Counted from the first letter of the stretch, positions 40,507 to 49,939 are shown. The stretch: DNA of 64,000 nucleotides from Patescibacteria group bacterium (GCA_038064195.1 JBBTTO010000002.1:76981-140980), one strand, 5' to 3'. Notes: generated by a model not told the origin, from the sequence alone. Numbers and translations: made by a program.

Positions 40507-41166
40507 TTAAGCAGGCTTGACTAACGGTGTATTAATATCGGAATCAGCTTGCGATCCCTGGATCGGACCGTCATTAAAGACATCATAAAACAGTTTAATG
40601 AGTTCTTCTTTGCCCAGTATTTTTGAGGAGATCGCCAGCTTGAGGAGCTGTTGATTGACCGAGTCAGCTTTACCGAGAAGTGACTTTTGGGCTGACTGGA
40701 AGAACGCGTCTTTTTGGTGGAGGTCTTTGCTGATTGATTGTTTGACGCCGCTTAATCCCGCTTCAAGGGCAGTATAAGGGATCGCCACATAGAAGGTCTT
40801 ATTCAAAACGACATTGACTTTGACCATTTCCCGCACGAATTCACGGTAAAGCCTGATATGTTGGGCGAGGAGCTCGTTTTTGGTCTCCCTTTCCTCCTCT
40901 TCAAGCTCTTTTATATAGGAGGAGATATCAATGCGCTTATTGCGGATAATAATCTGAATAGGGAAGGTCAGGGAGTTAAGAAGTGCCGCGTAAGCATAAA
41001 TCTTAGCGTCCTGTTCTTTTTTTGAGAGCAGTGCGAAGTTGCTGGCTGTAATTTCAATGACCAAACAGGCATTTCCGCCCTCAAGCAGAACGACGTTATC
41101 AATAATATCAATGATCTCAGTGAATTTTTGGGTAGACGCCTGACCTTTGTGAGCTGAATTTTTCAC
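40507..41166 (-). CDS. Hypothetical soluble protein translationally coupled to virB4 (possible T4SS accessory)
   Basis: The ORF is 219 aa and its stop abuts the virB4 start. Confidence 0.4.
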   Translation of the reverse strand: MKNSAHKGQASTQKFTEIIDIIDNVVLLEGGNACLVIEITASNFALLSKKEQDAKIYAYAALLNSLTFPIQIIIRNKRIDISSYIKELEEEERETKNELLAQHIRLYREFVREMVKVNVVLNKTFYVAIPYTALEAGLSGVKQSISKDLHQKDAFFQSAQKSLLGKADSVNQQLLKLAISSKILGKEELIKLFYDVFNDGPIQGSQADSDINTPLVKPA

Positions 41167-42377
41167 GCGAACAGCTCCTTTCGTAATGCTTCCCGCGCGT
41201 CATGCGAGATGACTTCAATCGGGAGCATAATCTCCCCCTTGGCTTCAACCAGGACAGTCTCAAACTGATGAATCCCCTTAGGGTCTTCAAAACTCATGGT
41301 GTAGGCGCCATTGGCGAGTTTAGTAGCGGAGGCAAAGTGACCAAGCCCGTTGGTTTTAAAAGCGCGAACCGGGTTGTCGTCTTTATCTTTGAGCTCAACG
41401 AGTATATTTGGCAACACATTACCCCGGGCGTCTCTCACAATTCCCAGGACCACATTGGGGACATCCGGGATAGAGGGGAGTCCGAGGCTACTTGCTTTAT
41501 CAGTCGGAACAATTCTGACGTTTTGTGATGAGGCAAGAGGTTGATCAGGCACAGCTTGAGGTGTTGGCTGCTGTGGTTTGGTAGTTTGCTCTTTAAGTTT
41601 TAAGAGCTCCTGTTCGAGTTGTTGCTTTTGAGCCATGACATCACTGAGTTGTTTTTCAAGATCAGTCACGTGGGTATGTGTTTGGACGACAGGTTTATGC
41701 GCCTGCTCTAGCTGTTGTTCTTGCTGCATTGCCTCACTGAGTTCACGTTTGATTGCCTCAGCTTCTGCTTCTAATTCATGTTCCGCATCTAGGGGCGAGT
41801 GCATCATTTTTATACGCATAGCCTCATCGCTTGAGAGAGTATGTCCGATAGGGCCGGTATCTTCACTCAGCGTCAGCAGGCCCGGTTTGGCATTGGGGTC
41901 AAAAAGCGCAGTCATAAAGAAATCTTCCTTATCATCTAATTTGCTATGTGTTGAGCGGGTGAGTTGGGAGAGCATTTGCTTGAGCTGAACTTGTCTTGTC
42001 TCCTCAAGGGCAGTCACGCTTCCTTTCCTGTCTTTTTCCGGATGAGCGGGAAGCTTTTGGACACTAATAAGTGAGATAGCTAAATGACCGCCCGCCTGCT
42101 GGTAGAGATACTGCGTGGGTGCGAAGAGATCCTTAAAGAAATTGGCAATCATCAGGTCCATGGGGCGGCCTTCAATCGGCAAAAAAGCCAGAGCGGCTCC
42201 CATACCGATAAAGAAAGGGATAGTCAGTATTTTGACAAGGACAAAAATAGGCGCGTAGTAAAAAATAACCGCGATGATACTGCCTGTTGCCAGGAAGGCA
42301 AATTGTTTGACGGTCATGTTCCCGATCAGCTTGAACTGAAATCCGGTAACATCTTGTGGTATAGGATGGTTGTCCAT
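41163..42377 (-). CDS. Membrane protein: two N-terminal TM helices (VirB3-like topology), a Q/E-rich coiled coil and a C-terminal beta-sandwich (carboxypeptidase-regulatory-like) domain
   Basis: The TM pair lies at residues ~25-70. The coiled coil is EQQLEQAHK...QQLEQELLKLKEQ, followed by a C-terminal ~110-aa beta-rich domain. Confidence 0.45.
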   Translation of the reverse strand: MDNHPIPQDVTGFQFKLIGNMTVKQFAFLATGSIIAVIFYYAPIFVLVKILTIPFFIGMGAALAFLPIEGRPMDLMIANFFKDLFAPTQYLYQQAGGHLAISLISVQKLPAHPEKDRKGSVTALEETRQVQLKQMLSQLTRSTHSKLDDKEDFFMTALFDPNAKPGLLTLSEDTGPIGHTLSSDEAMRIKMMHSPLDAEHELEAEAEAIKRELSEAMQQEQQLEQAHKPVVQTHTHVTDLEKQLSDVMAQKQQLEQELLKLKEQTTKPQQPTPQAVPDQPLASSQNVRIVPTDKASSLGLPSIPDVPNVVLGIVRDARGNVLPNILVELKDKDDNPVRAFKTNGLGHFASATKLANGAYTMSFEDPKGIHQFETVLVEAKGEIMLPIEVISHDAREALRKELFA

Positions 42378-42570
42378 AGTTAATTAGTTCTCAATTTTCA
42401 CTGAGTTTTCAACTGAGAACTAAGAGATAGTCTTAACCACTGCCTTAATGAGAATCTATAGGGGTGGGCAGTGAAGAAGACACTCTAGTACTTACATGGT
42501 ATAACGTGAAAAATGTGCTTTCAAGGGCGTCAAAGTAGGTCAAAGCACCCTCTTACTGGATAAGATTTCC

Positions 42571-42999
42571 GTGAAAAGTCGCGCTCCTTTAGATTCAGAA
42601 GGAAGTCTTTTTAACTTGACTTTTATTGACAAATCAGGGCACAATGAGAGCATGGACCAGATTACGCCTGAATATAAAGAACAGGTTCAGGGGCAGATTT
42701 TGAGCATTATGAGCGCGGCGCTTGAGGCAAATACTCTCAAGACAGATCAAACGCCTGTCATTGCCGGTTTTGTGAGAGAAAAAATTGAAGCAGTCCAAAC
42801 CCACGTTCAGTTAGTTGAATTCCTTGCAGAGCTTGCGCAAAAGTGGCCGATTTTTGCATCGCTTGGTAATATGGAGATGGGTCGCGCAATTGAGGCACAC
42901 AAGGGTGAATTCACCCATGGTGTCATAGATAAAGTCAAGTCAGGCGATATAGATGGAGCTCTTAAAATGGCTCAGGGGTTGACTCCCCATGCACAATAA
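42571..42999 (+). CDS. Hypothetical protein
   Basis: A 142-aa ORF whose end overlaps the next ORF by 11 nt. Confidence 0.35.
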   Translation: MKSRAPLDSEGSLFNLTFIDKSGHNESMDQITPEYKEQVQGQILSIMSAALEANTLKTDQTPVIAGFVREKIEAVQTHVQLVEFLAELAQKWPIFASLGNMEMGRAIEAHKGEFTHGVIDKVKSGDIDGALKMAQGLTPHAQ

Positions 43000-45040
43000 T
43001 ATGGCTAGCACAACAGATCAACTCTATGGTGAACAGGGTAAAGAGACCGTGGCACGGGCGGCGTTTTCTGGTTCGGGTCGGGTTCATAGTCCAAGCGAGC
43101 GTATGGCACAGGATCTGCGCCGACGGCGGGAGGCCCAAGAACAGCCATCACACATCGTAGCAGATCTTGAGATCAAGCCTGTTTCCTCATCCCAGGTAGC
43201 CGGAGCTATTGAAAAAACAATTGGAGGGAAGTGGGTGGATGTCAAAGATTCTTCAGGTGCTATAGTTGGCAGAAAAAAAGAGCGTATTTCAGGCTCAGTC
43301 GAAGAGACGCGTTTTAAGGATGCAAGCAAAGCAGCTGAGTTCGTCCAGGAATTCCTCAAAAATAACTATGCCAATGTCCTCACCAGGCGTGATCGGGTAA
43401 CGCCTGTCTACAAAGCAAAAGATCCGGTTACCGGTAGGGAGACGCCTGTATTCCCTGACCAATTCATCGAGGCCTACAGAAAAAAAACCTTAGCAGCAGT
43501 AGAGGTGATCTGGCCGGATGCCAAGAAAGCCATGTCTGGCATGAGTGATCAGGCCAAGGAAAAAATGATGGATCGTATGCTCTCAGATCCTGCTTTTGCC
43601 AAGCATGTGCAGGCAAAGCTGCAGGAGGTCGTCGAGAGTACCCAGGAGGGGAAAGCTCTCCCACAAGAGCTTATTGATCGAGTGAGTAGTGCTAAGCTTG
43701 ATCACGATACTAAGGCGAAAGAGGTTGAGTGGACAGAGGCTGATTTGGAGGCAAAAAAAGAGGAATTCAAAAAGGAGTTCACAGATAAAGGTTCTGGGTC
43801 AATGGGGAGAGAGTATGATGCCATGCCAAGTATGGCATCATTGGAAGCAGATCTTGTTTCACATGACGACGATGTGCGAAAAAAGATGCGTGAGTTGGCC
43901 GATCTGAATAGGCAGTACGCGACAGCAGATAGGGCTAAGAATGCAGCTGAGGTAGCTAGGATTAGTCCATTGATAGGTACGAAAGAGGGGGAGATTGACG
44001 ACGCTAAGGATAGGAAGAAAGAAATAGAGCATAAGATTGCGCGTAGAAAAGAGATTGAGGATCGTCGAGCAGCTCTTGAGACAAGCGTTAGAGAGCTTGA
44101 GCGGAGTCTAGCCAAGAAGCAAATTGAGAGGGATCAGGCTCAAAATACGTATTATCTGACTCTTGCCAGTAAAAATGAGGCAGAGGAAGATCTTGCCAGG
44201 GGTGAAAAATCTTTTGTGTCGAAGCTGAACAATGTTACGACGGAGGCTGTGCGGGAATACTTGAAGGGTGAGATAGGTAACTATGAACAGACACGGGACA
44301 CGATCATCACAGAGCACGGGGATGATGCTCTGGTTAAAGGCCTGCAGGATCGCTGGAATAAGAAAGGTAAGCGTAATGAGTTCAACAAAGACACCATCAA
44401 TAGTGACTACAAGCTCTTTATCAATCAAGGGCCTAACGCTATTGTTCGTGCGACTTTGAGGGAAGGCGGGATGAGTGATGCTGAGATTGATGCCAAGTTG
44501 GCATCATACCCTGACTTCAAAAAGCGGGCTGAGTCAGAGGTCATAGAGCGTCTTTTGACCAGAAGACTCCAGACCGGGAAGATCTCTGAGGGGGAGGCGC
44601 GGCGTATTGTAGATATGCCAGGCAGCGAGGATGTTATTACGACCGCGCTTGAGAACAGAGCTAAATACGATGGGACGTATGAGGAATTAAAAAAGAAGGG
44701 CTTACTGGGTGGTGAGTTCATGCGTAAGCTACGTGCCTTACCCCACAATCGTATCGTGCAAATCCTCATGCTGATTTTCGGACTGGGAGGGTTGTTAGCT
44801 GTCGATGCTCTGGGTGGATTTGGTGTGGCAACTGCCGCAGGGGCAAAAATTGCAACAGGTGCTGGCTACGCAGCACATATAGGAGGAGTAGCAGCTGATA
44901 AGGCAGCACCTTTTGTGGGTGATGCTCTCGATAAGGCCGGAGCAGCAGTGAGTTATGCAGGTGATAAAGGCGGAGATGCTCTTAGCTATGCCGGAGATAA
45001 GCTAAGTGCGGGAGCCGACGCAGCAGATAAATATCGGTAA
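42989..45040 (+). CDS. Large coiled-coil protein with a C-terminal membrane/Gly-Ala-rich repetitive tail
   Basis: A charged heptad-rich body ends in ILMLIFGLGGLLAV and GDKGGDALSYAGDK repeats. Confidence 0.45.
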   Translation: MHNNMASTTDQLYGEQGKETVARAAFSGSGRVHSPSERMAQDLRRRREAQEQPSHIVADLEIKPVSSSQVAGAIEKTIGGKWVDVKDSSGAIVGRKKERISGSVEETRFKDASKAAEFVQEFLKNNYANVLTRRDRVTPVYKAKDPVTGRETPVFPDQFIEAYRKKTLAAVEVIWPDAKKAMSGMSDQAKEKMMDRMLSDPAFAKHVQAKLQEVVESTQEGKALPQELIDRVSSAKLDHDTKAKEVEWTEADLEAKKEEFKKEFTDKGSGSMGREYDAMPSMASLEADLVSHDDDVRKKMRELADLNRQYATADRAKNAAEVARISPLIGTKEGEIDDAKDRKKEIEHKIARRKEIEDRRAALETSVRELERSLAKKQIERDQAQNTYYLTLASKNEAEEDLARGEKSFVSKLNNVTTEAVREYLKGEIGNYEQTRDTIITEHGDDALVKGLQDRWNKKGKRNEFNKDTINSDYKLFINQGPNAIVRATLREGGMSDAEIDAKLASYPDFKKRAESEVIERLLTRRLQTGKISEGEARRIVDMPGSEDVITTALENRAKYDGTYEELKKKGLLGGEFMRKLRALPHNRIVQILMLIFGLGGLLAVDALGGFGVATAAGAKIATGAGYAAHIGGVAADKAAPFVGDALDKAGAAVSYAGDKGGDALSYAGDKLSAGADAADKYR

Positions 45041-45079
45041 AGTAATGGACCAACCCCAATAGAAGATTTAATTTAGAGG

Positions 45080-45427
45080 TTAAGAAGTTGGTGCGGGGCA
45101 GGTGTCAAAGCCGAAATTCTGGATACATTTGATGCCGATGATATTGGTGATGAAATAGAAAAGCACTATTGATGTCAGGACAATGATGAGGCCGATGAGA
45201 GCATAGGTCAGGATTTGGCGGGCTTCCTGGACTTGTTTGGTATCACCGCGTGAGACGATAAGTCTGATAGCCGCGTAAAGAATCAACGCTAGAGCTACTA
45301 TTCCGACAAAATAAAACGCCCAGTGGATGATTACTTGTAGAAAAGGCCCAATACACTTAAGTTGTGGTATAACACCGATTTTTTTACCAGTTGAATCAAA
45401 AGCATCTGCTGCACATGACCAGTTCAT
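45080..45427 (-). CDS. Small pilin-like protein (two hydrophobic helices separated by a short polar GDTKQVQEAR loop; VirB2/TrbC-like topology)
   Basis: It shares the TM - G(G)D/NxxKVxxAR - TM module with the three neighbouring paralogs. Confidence 0.45.
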   Translation of the reverse strand: MNWSCAADAFDSTGKKIGVIPQLKCIGPFLQVIIHWAFYFVGIVALALILYAAIRLIVSRGDTKQVQEARQILTYALIGLIIVLTSIVLFYFITNIIGIKCIQNFGFDTCPAPTS

Positions 45428-45473
45428 ATATTTACGTTAGCAAAGAAAGTAAGCAAGCACAATAGAGAAGAAG

Positions 45474-45884
45474 CTATTGAAGGAGTGAGGGCAAGGTAAA
45501 TGATCCAATGTCATTCCCGGTAAGGAGTTTAAAGACAAAGTTGATGACAAAGAATGATAAGAAGACGACTACGAGTCCGATAATTGCACCAACAATAGTG
45601 TTGCGAGCAGCCTCAACCTTCGTCTTATCACCACCAGCTGTAATCCATTTAAATCCACCAATAATGAGGAAAATTAACGCTGCAGCTGCACCGAGAAGAA
45701 GTAAAAGATTGAGGATTCTACTGAGCAGAGTTTGAGGGTCTGCTGAACTCGTTTTACAGAGACTATCAAATCCAGCCCCAGCAGGGCATAATTTTACAGT
45801 ACTGTCTGCAAAAGCGAGAGTGGCTACTGAAAGATAAAGAGAGGTTGCGGATACAGTAGCGATTAATTTTTGGGCAGATTTCAT
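45474..45884 (-). CDS. Pilin-like secreted protein (signal peptide, Cys pair, TM-GGDKTKVEAAR-TM module)
   Basis: IIGGFKWITAGGDKTKVEAARNTIVGAIIGLVVV is nearly identical to the motif in 45984-46361. Confidence 0.5.
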   Translation of the reverse strand: MKSAQKLIATVSATSLYLSVATLAFADSTVKLCPAGAGFDSLCKTSSADPQTLLSRILNLLLLLGAAAALIFLIIGGFKWITAGGDKTKVEAARNTIVGAIIGLVVVFLSFFVINFVFKLLTGNDIGSFTLPSLLQ

Positions 45885-45983
45885 AAATGTATTTAGTAAC
45901 TCTCTATCTATTTAGTCATATCTATTTTTACTTGTCAAGACCCATTTTCAAGCTGGAATTGTAAGAATATGGCTGAGGTATTA

Positions 45984-46361
45984 TTAACAAGGACTAGTAT
46001 TAGGTGATGAACAGTCCGGAGGATTTACGAGCATCGGGAAATTAAGAGAGCCTCCTGTGATCAGCTGGCCGACGAAGCCAATAATAAGGAAAGATAAAAG
46101 GGCTAATACTAGACCGACTATTGCATAGGTGAGTGTCCCACGCGCTGATTGAACTTTGGTCTTGTCACCGCCGGCTGTAATCCACTTGATGCCAGAGATG
46201 ATAATAAAGATGAGTGCTAAAACGAAGATAAAGAATAGGGCTACCTGAACTGCACGTTCTGCAATAATAATAAATATAGGTAGTCCACCTGTAGGTATCC
46301 CCTCGGGAACAGCTATTTTCTGGTTATCAATTGCGAGAGCGAGTAAGTGCTGCATAAGCAT
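45984..46361 (-). CDS. Pilin-like protein paralog (TM-GGDKTKVQSAR-TM)
   Basis: IISGIKWITAGGDKTKVQSARGTLTYAIVGLVLALL is present. Confidence 0.5.
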   Translation of the reverse strand: MLMQHLLALAIDNQKIAVPEGIPTGGLPIFIIIAERAVQVALFFIFVLALIFIIISGIKWITAGGDKTKVQSARGTLTYAIVGLVLALLSFLIIGFVGQLITGGSLNFPMLVNPPDCSSPNTSPC

Positions 46362-46373
46362 AGTGTATAGGAA

Positions 46374-46751
46374 TTAGTGCTCAGTGTGTAGTAGGCGCAT
46401 TTTTCGGACCAGTGAATTGAGCATGCGCAGTACTTCCTCAAGTAATGGAGTTATCTTTTCAAACTGTTCTTTAGATATATAGGTAAGCTCGTGACAAATG
46501 ATCAGCTGTGTCTCTAGCTCTAAAGCTGACCCATATGCTATCGCGTAAAATTGCGCGAACTCCCTAGATGATTTTCGGCCATATCCTTCGGCAATATTTG
46601 AGGGTATAGATACTGCAGCCCGTCGCATTTGCGAGACTAGACTATACATTTCATGATTGGGAAACCTTGATGTGATTTGGTAGATAGCCTTTACAAGCAA
46701 TATAGATTTTTGCCATACAATAAGATCCTTATAATTATGAATCTCACTCAT
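46374..46751 (-). CDS. Four-helix-bundle protein (family often encoded in 23S rRNA intervening sequences; TIGR02436-like)
   Basis: The 125-aa protein contains LIVWQKS...SIPSNIAEGYGR...ELETQLII, matching this family. Confidence 0.65.
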   Translation of the reverse strand: MSEIHNYKDLIVWQKSILLVKAIYQITSRFPNHEMYSLVSQMRRAAVSIPSNIAEGYGRKSSREFAQFYAIAYGSALELETQLIICHELTYISKEQFEKITPLLEEVLRMLNSLVRKMRLLHTEH

Positions 46752-46788
46752 CTTTGTGGTTTCTACACACTAATAACTACACACTTGC

Positions 46789-47958
46789 CTACTTAGTCAG
46801 TCCCGGGAGGTTGAGGAGATCAACTCCTATTACTTCCAGAATAATGATTGAGAGAACCAAAAACAAGAGGCCGACAAAGACAGAGGTGAGGCGTTCCCTG
46901 GCCTCTTTGACTTTCTCAGGATTGCCTTGAGAGGTCATGAGTTGATAGCCGCTGCGGATGATGAGAAGGAGGGCTATCCCGCCTGAGATACTCAGGAGGA
47001 TTGCAAAAAGCTGCCCGATAAAGCTAAAGGAGTCTGTATTAAGAGGTCCTATCGCACTCCAGATAGAAGTACAACCTTCGTTGGTGTTAAGTGTTTGAGC
47101 GCAAGGAGGAGGTGGGGGAAGAGGAGTTGGCGTAGGAAGACTCTTAGCTTGGTTAATCCAGATAGTAATTGGCTCAAGATATTGGTCATTGTCTCCATAA
47201 AGCACAATAGAGGTTGTCCCCTTACTAAAATCCTTTGGAAGAGTAAATATTACGCTACCACATGCATCCGTGTCGCATTTGGCTGTAGCGATTGCAGGTT
47301 CACCAAGAGCAGTTAAAACCAGATATTCTTTACTCGATGCGCCAGTAAGATGGATGCCGATGTCTTCTCCTGGTTGGGCAGGGTTATCTACCGCATTCGT
47401 CCTCCCATTCGTATTAAAAGCATCGATCATTTTATGATCAGTTGAGCCGCCACTCCCTTTGGTGACCACCGTAAATTTGTCTGCGGCAGGCGTGTCAGTG
47501 CCTTCCGAAGGTATTTTGTACACGCAGACGTGTAAGGTATTACTTCCATCATTTATATTATCCCCAATCTCTTGAGTACTTACCTGCCCTGAAAATGTAT
47601 TATTTGAACAAGAGGTATTGGTGAAATGCTGCGATGTTTTGTCGGGATCCATAATACATGTTCCATCGTCTGCTATACCAACTGTTTCTTGTGCAATAAT
47701 TATAGGTGCGGTGGTCTCGCAGGTCATGTTAGGGCCAAGAAGATTAATTACGTATGCCTCCGACTTTGGAATATTACCTAGCGAGATGTTGATAGGGTTG
47801 GGGTAGGTTACCGTCTGGTCGACTGAGAGGTTGCCCTGCATGCCTCCAACTGCTTCAGCAGTAAAGACCACCAGTGGATAAGGAATGATTATGCCTACTA
47901 AAAAGATGAGGGAATAGGAAAAACTTAGCAGGGATTTTTTCATACTTGTAATTATCAT
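46789..47958 (-). CDS. Pilin-like protein with a large N-terminal extracellular domain and Pro-rich linker (candidate tip or adhesin pilin)
   Basis: A signal peptide and ~280-aa N-domain are followed by a PTPTPLPPPPP linker and the shared C-terminal TM-QGNPEKVKEAR-TM module. Confidence 0.45.
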   Translation of the reverse strand: MIITSMKKSLLSFSYSLIFLVGIIIPYPLVVFTAEAVGGMQGNLSVDQTVTYPNPINISLGNIPKSEAYVINLLGPNMTCETTAPIIIAQETVGIADDGTCIMDPDKTSQHFTNTSCSNNTFSGQVSTQEIGDNINDGSNTLHVCVYKIPSEGTDTPAADKFTVVTKGSGGSTDHKMIDAFNTNGRTNAVDNPAQPGEDIGIHLTGASSKEYLVLTALGEPAIATAKCDTDACGSVIFTLPKDFSKGTTSIVLYGDNDQYLEPITIWINQAKSLPTPTPLPPPPPCAQTLNTNEGCTSIWSAIGPLNTDSFSFIGQLFAILLSISGGIALLLIIRSGYQLMTSQGNPEKVKEARERLTSVFVGLLFLVLSIIILEVIGVDLLNLPGLTK

Positions 47959-47976
47959 ACGAGGTTAGAGGATTGT

Positions 47977-49344
47977 TTGCAATTTCTAGGTTTGGTGATG
48001 AAAGTATATTACAATAGTAGTATGGAATCGAAATACTTTGAGTCTCTTTATCCAGTAGAGGCGCGGGATCAGGAGCTCGAAAAAATTGTCGGGTATATCC
48101 GCGAAGGGGTCTCCTCTCAGGTAGTCGGATTGCCCGGAGTCGGGCGGAGTACCATACTCGGGCTTTTGGCATACAATCGTGAGATTCGTCTTCGGCATTT
48201 TCCCAAGTATCACGGAAGTATTCATTTCGTCATGGTCAATTTTTCAGAGGTCAAGACTCGCCCATACCCAGAAGTTGTCAAATTCCTCTTCCTGTGCCTG
48301 AGTAATTCACTGCGCGAGCGGGAAATGCCTGAGGAGTATGAACATGTAGATACGTTATTCAAAGAGGCTTTGAATTATAATGATGAGTTGGTGATCAGTC
48401 AGGGCCTCAAAAATGCTATCGAGTATCTGGCGGTTGAGAGGAAATTGACGCTGGTATTATTGTTTGATCGTTTTGATGAGTATATCCCTCAGGTATCCAT
48501 GGAGTTTTTTACGCTTCTCCGCAGCCTTCGGGATCGGGCCAAATATCGTTTTTCAGTGGTCTTTTCACTCGACCGTCCCCTTGAGGAGACAGTAGAGCCC
48601 TCCTTAGTGGCAGATTTCAGCGACTTTATCAGCGGACATGTGATCTATCTTCCGCTTCTTGATGAGCCAAGTAGCTCCTTCAGGCTATCCTATCTGGAGA
48701 AATTAACTGCCAAGACATTGTCTGTTGAGCAAAAAAAAGAGGTCCTAAGACTGACTGCCGGCCATATTCGACTCCTCAAAGTCGCAGCTGAGGCGATGCT
48801 AGCTGAAGGTACGATACCGGCTGATATTGAGGCATTTTTACTTTCGCAAAAGACTGTCCATGGAGCGCTCATGAGCATCTGGAAGAGTCTGACTCCAGGT
48901 GATCAAGTCGATTTAAGTAAGGGTGAGATCCATGACCACCAGGGGGAGAGTTATTTACAAAAGGTGGGTCTTTTGGAGGGGGACCGGATTACGATTCCGC
49001 TTTTCGCCAAAGCGCTTGCGGACAAGCTTTTTCAGGAAAATGAAGCCAAAATAGTTTATGACGAGGCGGCAAATATTATCAAAAAAGGTGATCTAGTCCT
49101 CTCAGACAGCCTGACCAAGGCTGAGTTTCGTCTCCTTCGCTATTTGCTCCAGCACCCACAGGAGATCGTGGATCGTGAGACGGTGATCAGTGAAGTTTGG
49201 CAGGAGGCAAAGACTACACTTGGTGTGACTGAGCAGGCTGTCGACCAGCTGATTTTTCGTCTCAGGCATAAGATTGAAGAAGATCCCAATAATTCAAGGC
49301 ATTTGTTAACTATAAAAGGAAGAGGAATAAAATTTATGCCTTGA
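47977..49344 (+). CDS. Putative regulator: P-loop NTPase-like domain (Walker A with Arg in place of Lys, GLPGVGRST) plus a C-terminal OmpR/PhoB-type winged helix; paralog of 17227-18537
   Basis: The C-terminus VISEVWQEAKTTLGVTEQAVDQLIFRLRHKIEE...LLTIKGRGIKF matches the Trans_reg_C family. The N-domain resembles AAA/ORC-like ATPases. Confidence 0.55.
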   Translation: MQFLGLVMKVYYNSSMESKYFESLYPVEARDQELEKIVGYIREGVSSQVVGLPGVGRSTILGLLAYNREIRLRHFPKYHGSIHFVMVNFSEVKTRPYPEVVKFLFLCLSNSLREREMPEEYEHVDTLFKEALNYNDELVISQGLKNAIEYLAVERKLTLVLLFDRFDEYIPQVSMEFFTLLRSLRDRAKYRFSVVFSLDRPLEETVEPSLVADFSDFISGHVIYLPLLDEPSSSFRLSYLEKLTAKTLSVEQKKEVLRLTAGHIRLLKVAAEAMLAEGTIPADIEAFLLSQKTVHGALMSIWKSLTPGDQVDLSKGEIHDHQGESYLQKVGLLEGDRITIPLFAKALADKLFQENEAKIVYDEAANIIKKGDLVLSDSLTKAEFRLLRYLLQHPQEIVDRETVISEVWQEAKTTLGVTEQAVDQLIFRLRHKIEEDPNNSRHLLTIKGRGIKFMP

Positions 49345-49389
49345 AGTTAAAATTCGAATATCAAAGCACGAAATCCGAAATAAATCCTA

Positions 49390-49755
49390 ATGACCCAAGA
49401 ACAAATTACAAAACTTTATGATTTAGAAGAACGAACATTTGTGTTTGCGAAAGACACGAGATCGTTTGTTAAAAAGCTCCCCAAAACAGTAGGTAACATC
49501 GAAGATGGCTCACAACTCATCCGTTCTTCTGGCTCGGTAGGCGCTAATTATATCGAGGCAAATGAAGCATTTAGCAAAAAGGACTTTCTAATGAGAACAA
49601 AGATTTGTAGAAAAGAAGCAAAGGAGAGCAGGTTTTGGCTACGTCTGGTAGATACAAAAGACGATCCTCTACTTGAAAAGGAAAGAATAAGGTTAATAGC
49701 TGAGGCAACAGAATTGATGAATATTTTCGGTGCGATTATTAGAAAATCTGAATAA
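49390..49755 (+). CDS. Four-helix-bundle protein (23S IVS protein family), second copy
   Basis: The 121-aa protein contains GSVGANYIEANEAFSKKDF, typical of the family. Confidence 0.65.
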   Translation: MTQEQITKLYDLEERTFVFAKDTRSFVKKLPKTVGNIEDGSQLIRSSGSVGANYIEANEAFSKKDFLMRTKICRKEAKESRFWLRLVDTKDDPLLEKERIRLIAEATELMNIFGAIIRKSE

Positions 49756-49939
49756 CTATTAGTTTTGAGAATTTATATTTTGAATTTGTTTCGAGTTTCG
49801 ATATTCGTATTTCGGATTTAAACCTCGACTTATCAGCGTAGTTCTGCGTAATATTCTGTAAGGTTCCGCGATTTGCCTTGTAAGGTATCTAAAAGGTTGT
49901 TATCAAGTGAAAAAAGGGGAATACAGGTAGACTGTCCCC

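Noticed and set aside
41202-41988. Plus-strand ORFs (108, 64 and 117 aa) antisense to the coiled-coil T4SS gene
   Set aside because: They are Ser/Cys-rich low-complexity translations of the antisense strand of a Q/E-repeat coding region.
43084-44769. Minus-strand ORFs (91 to 137 aa) inside the 683-aa coiled-coil gene
   Set aside because: Antisense frames of a charged repetitive gene are commonly left open, and no domains were found.
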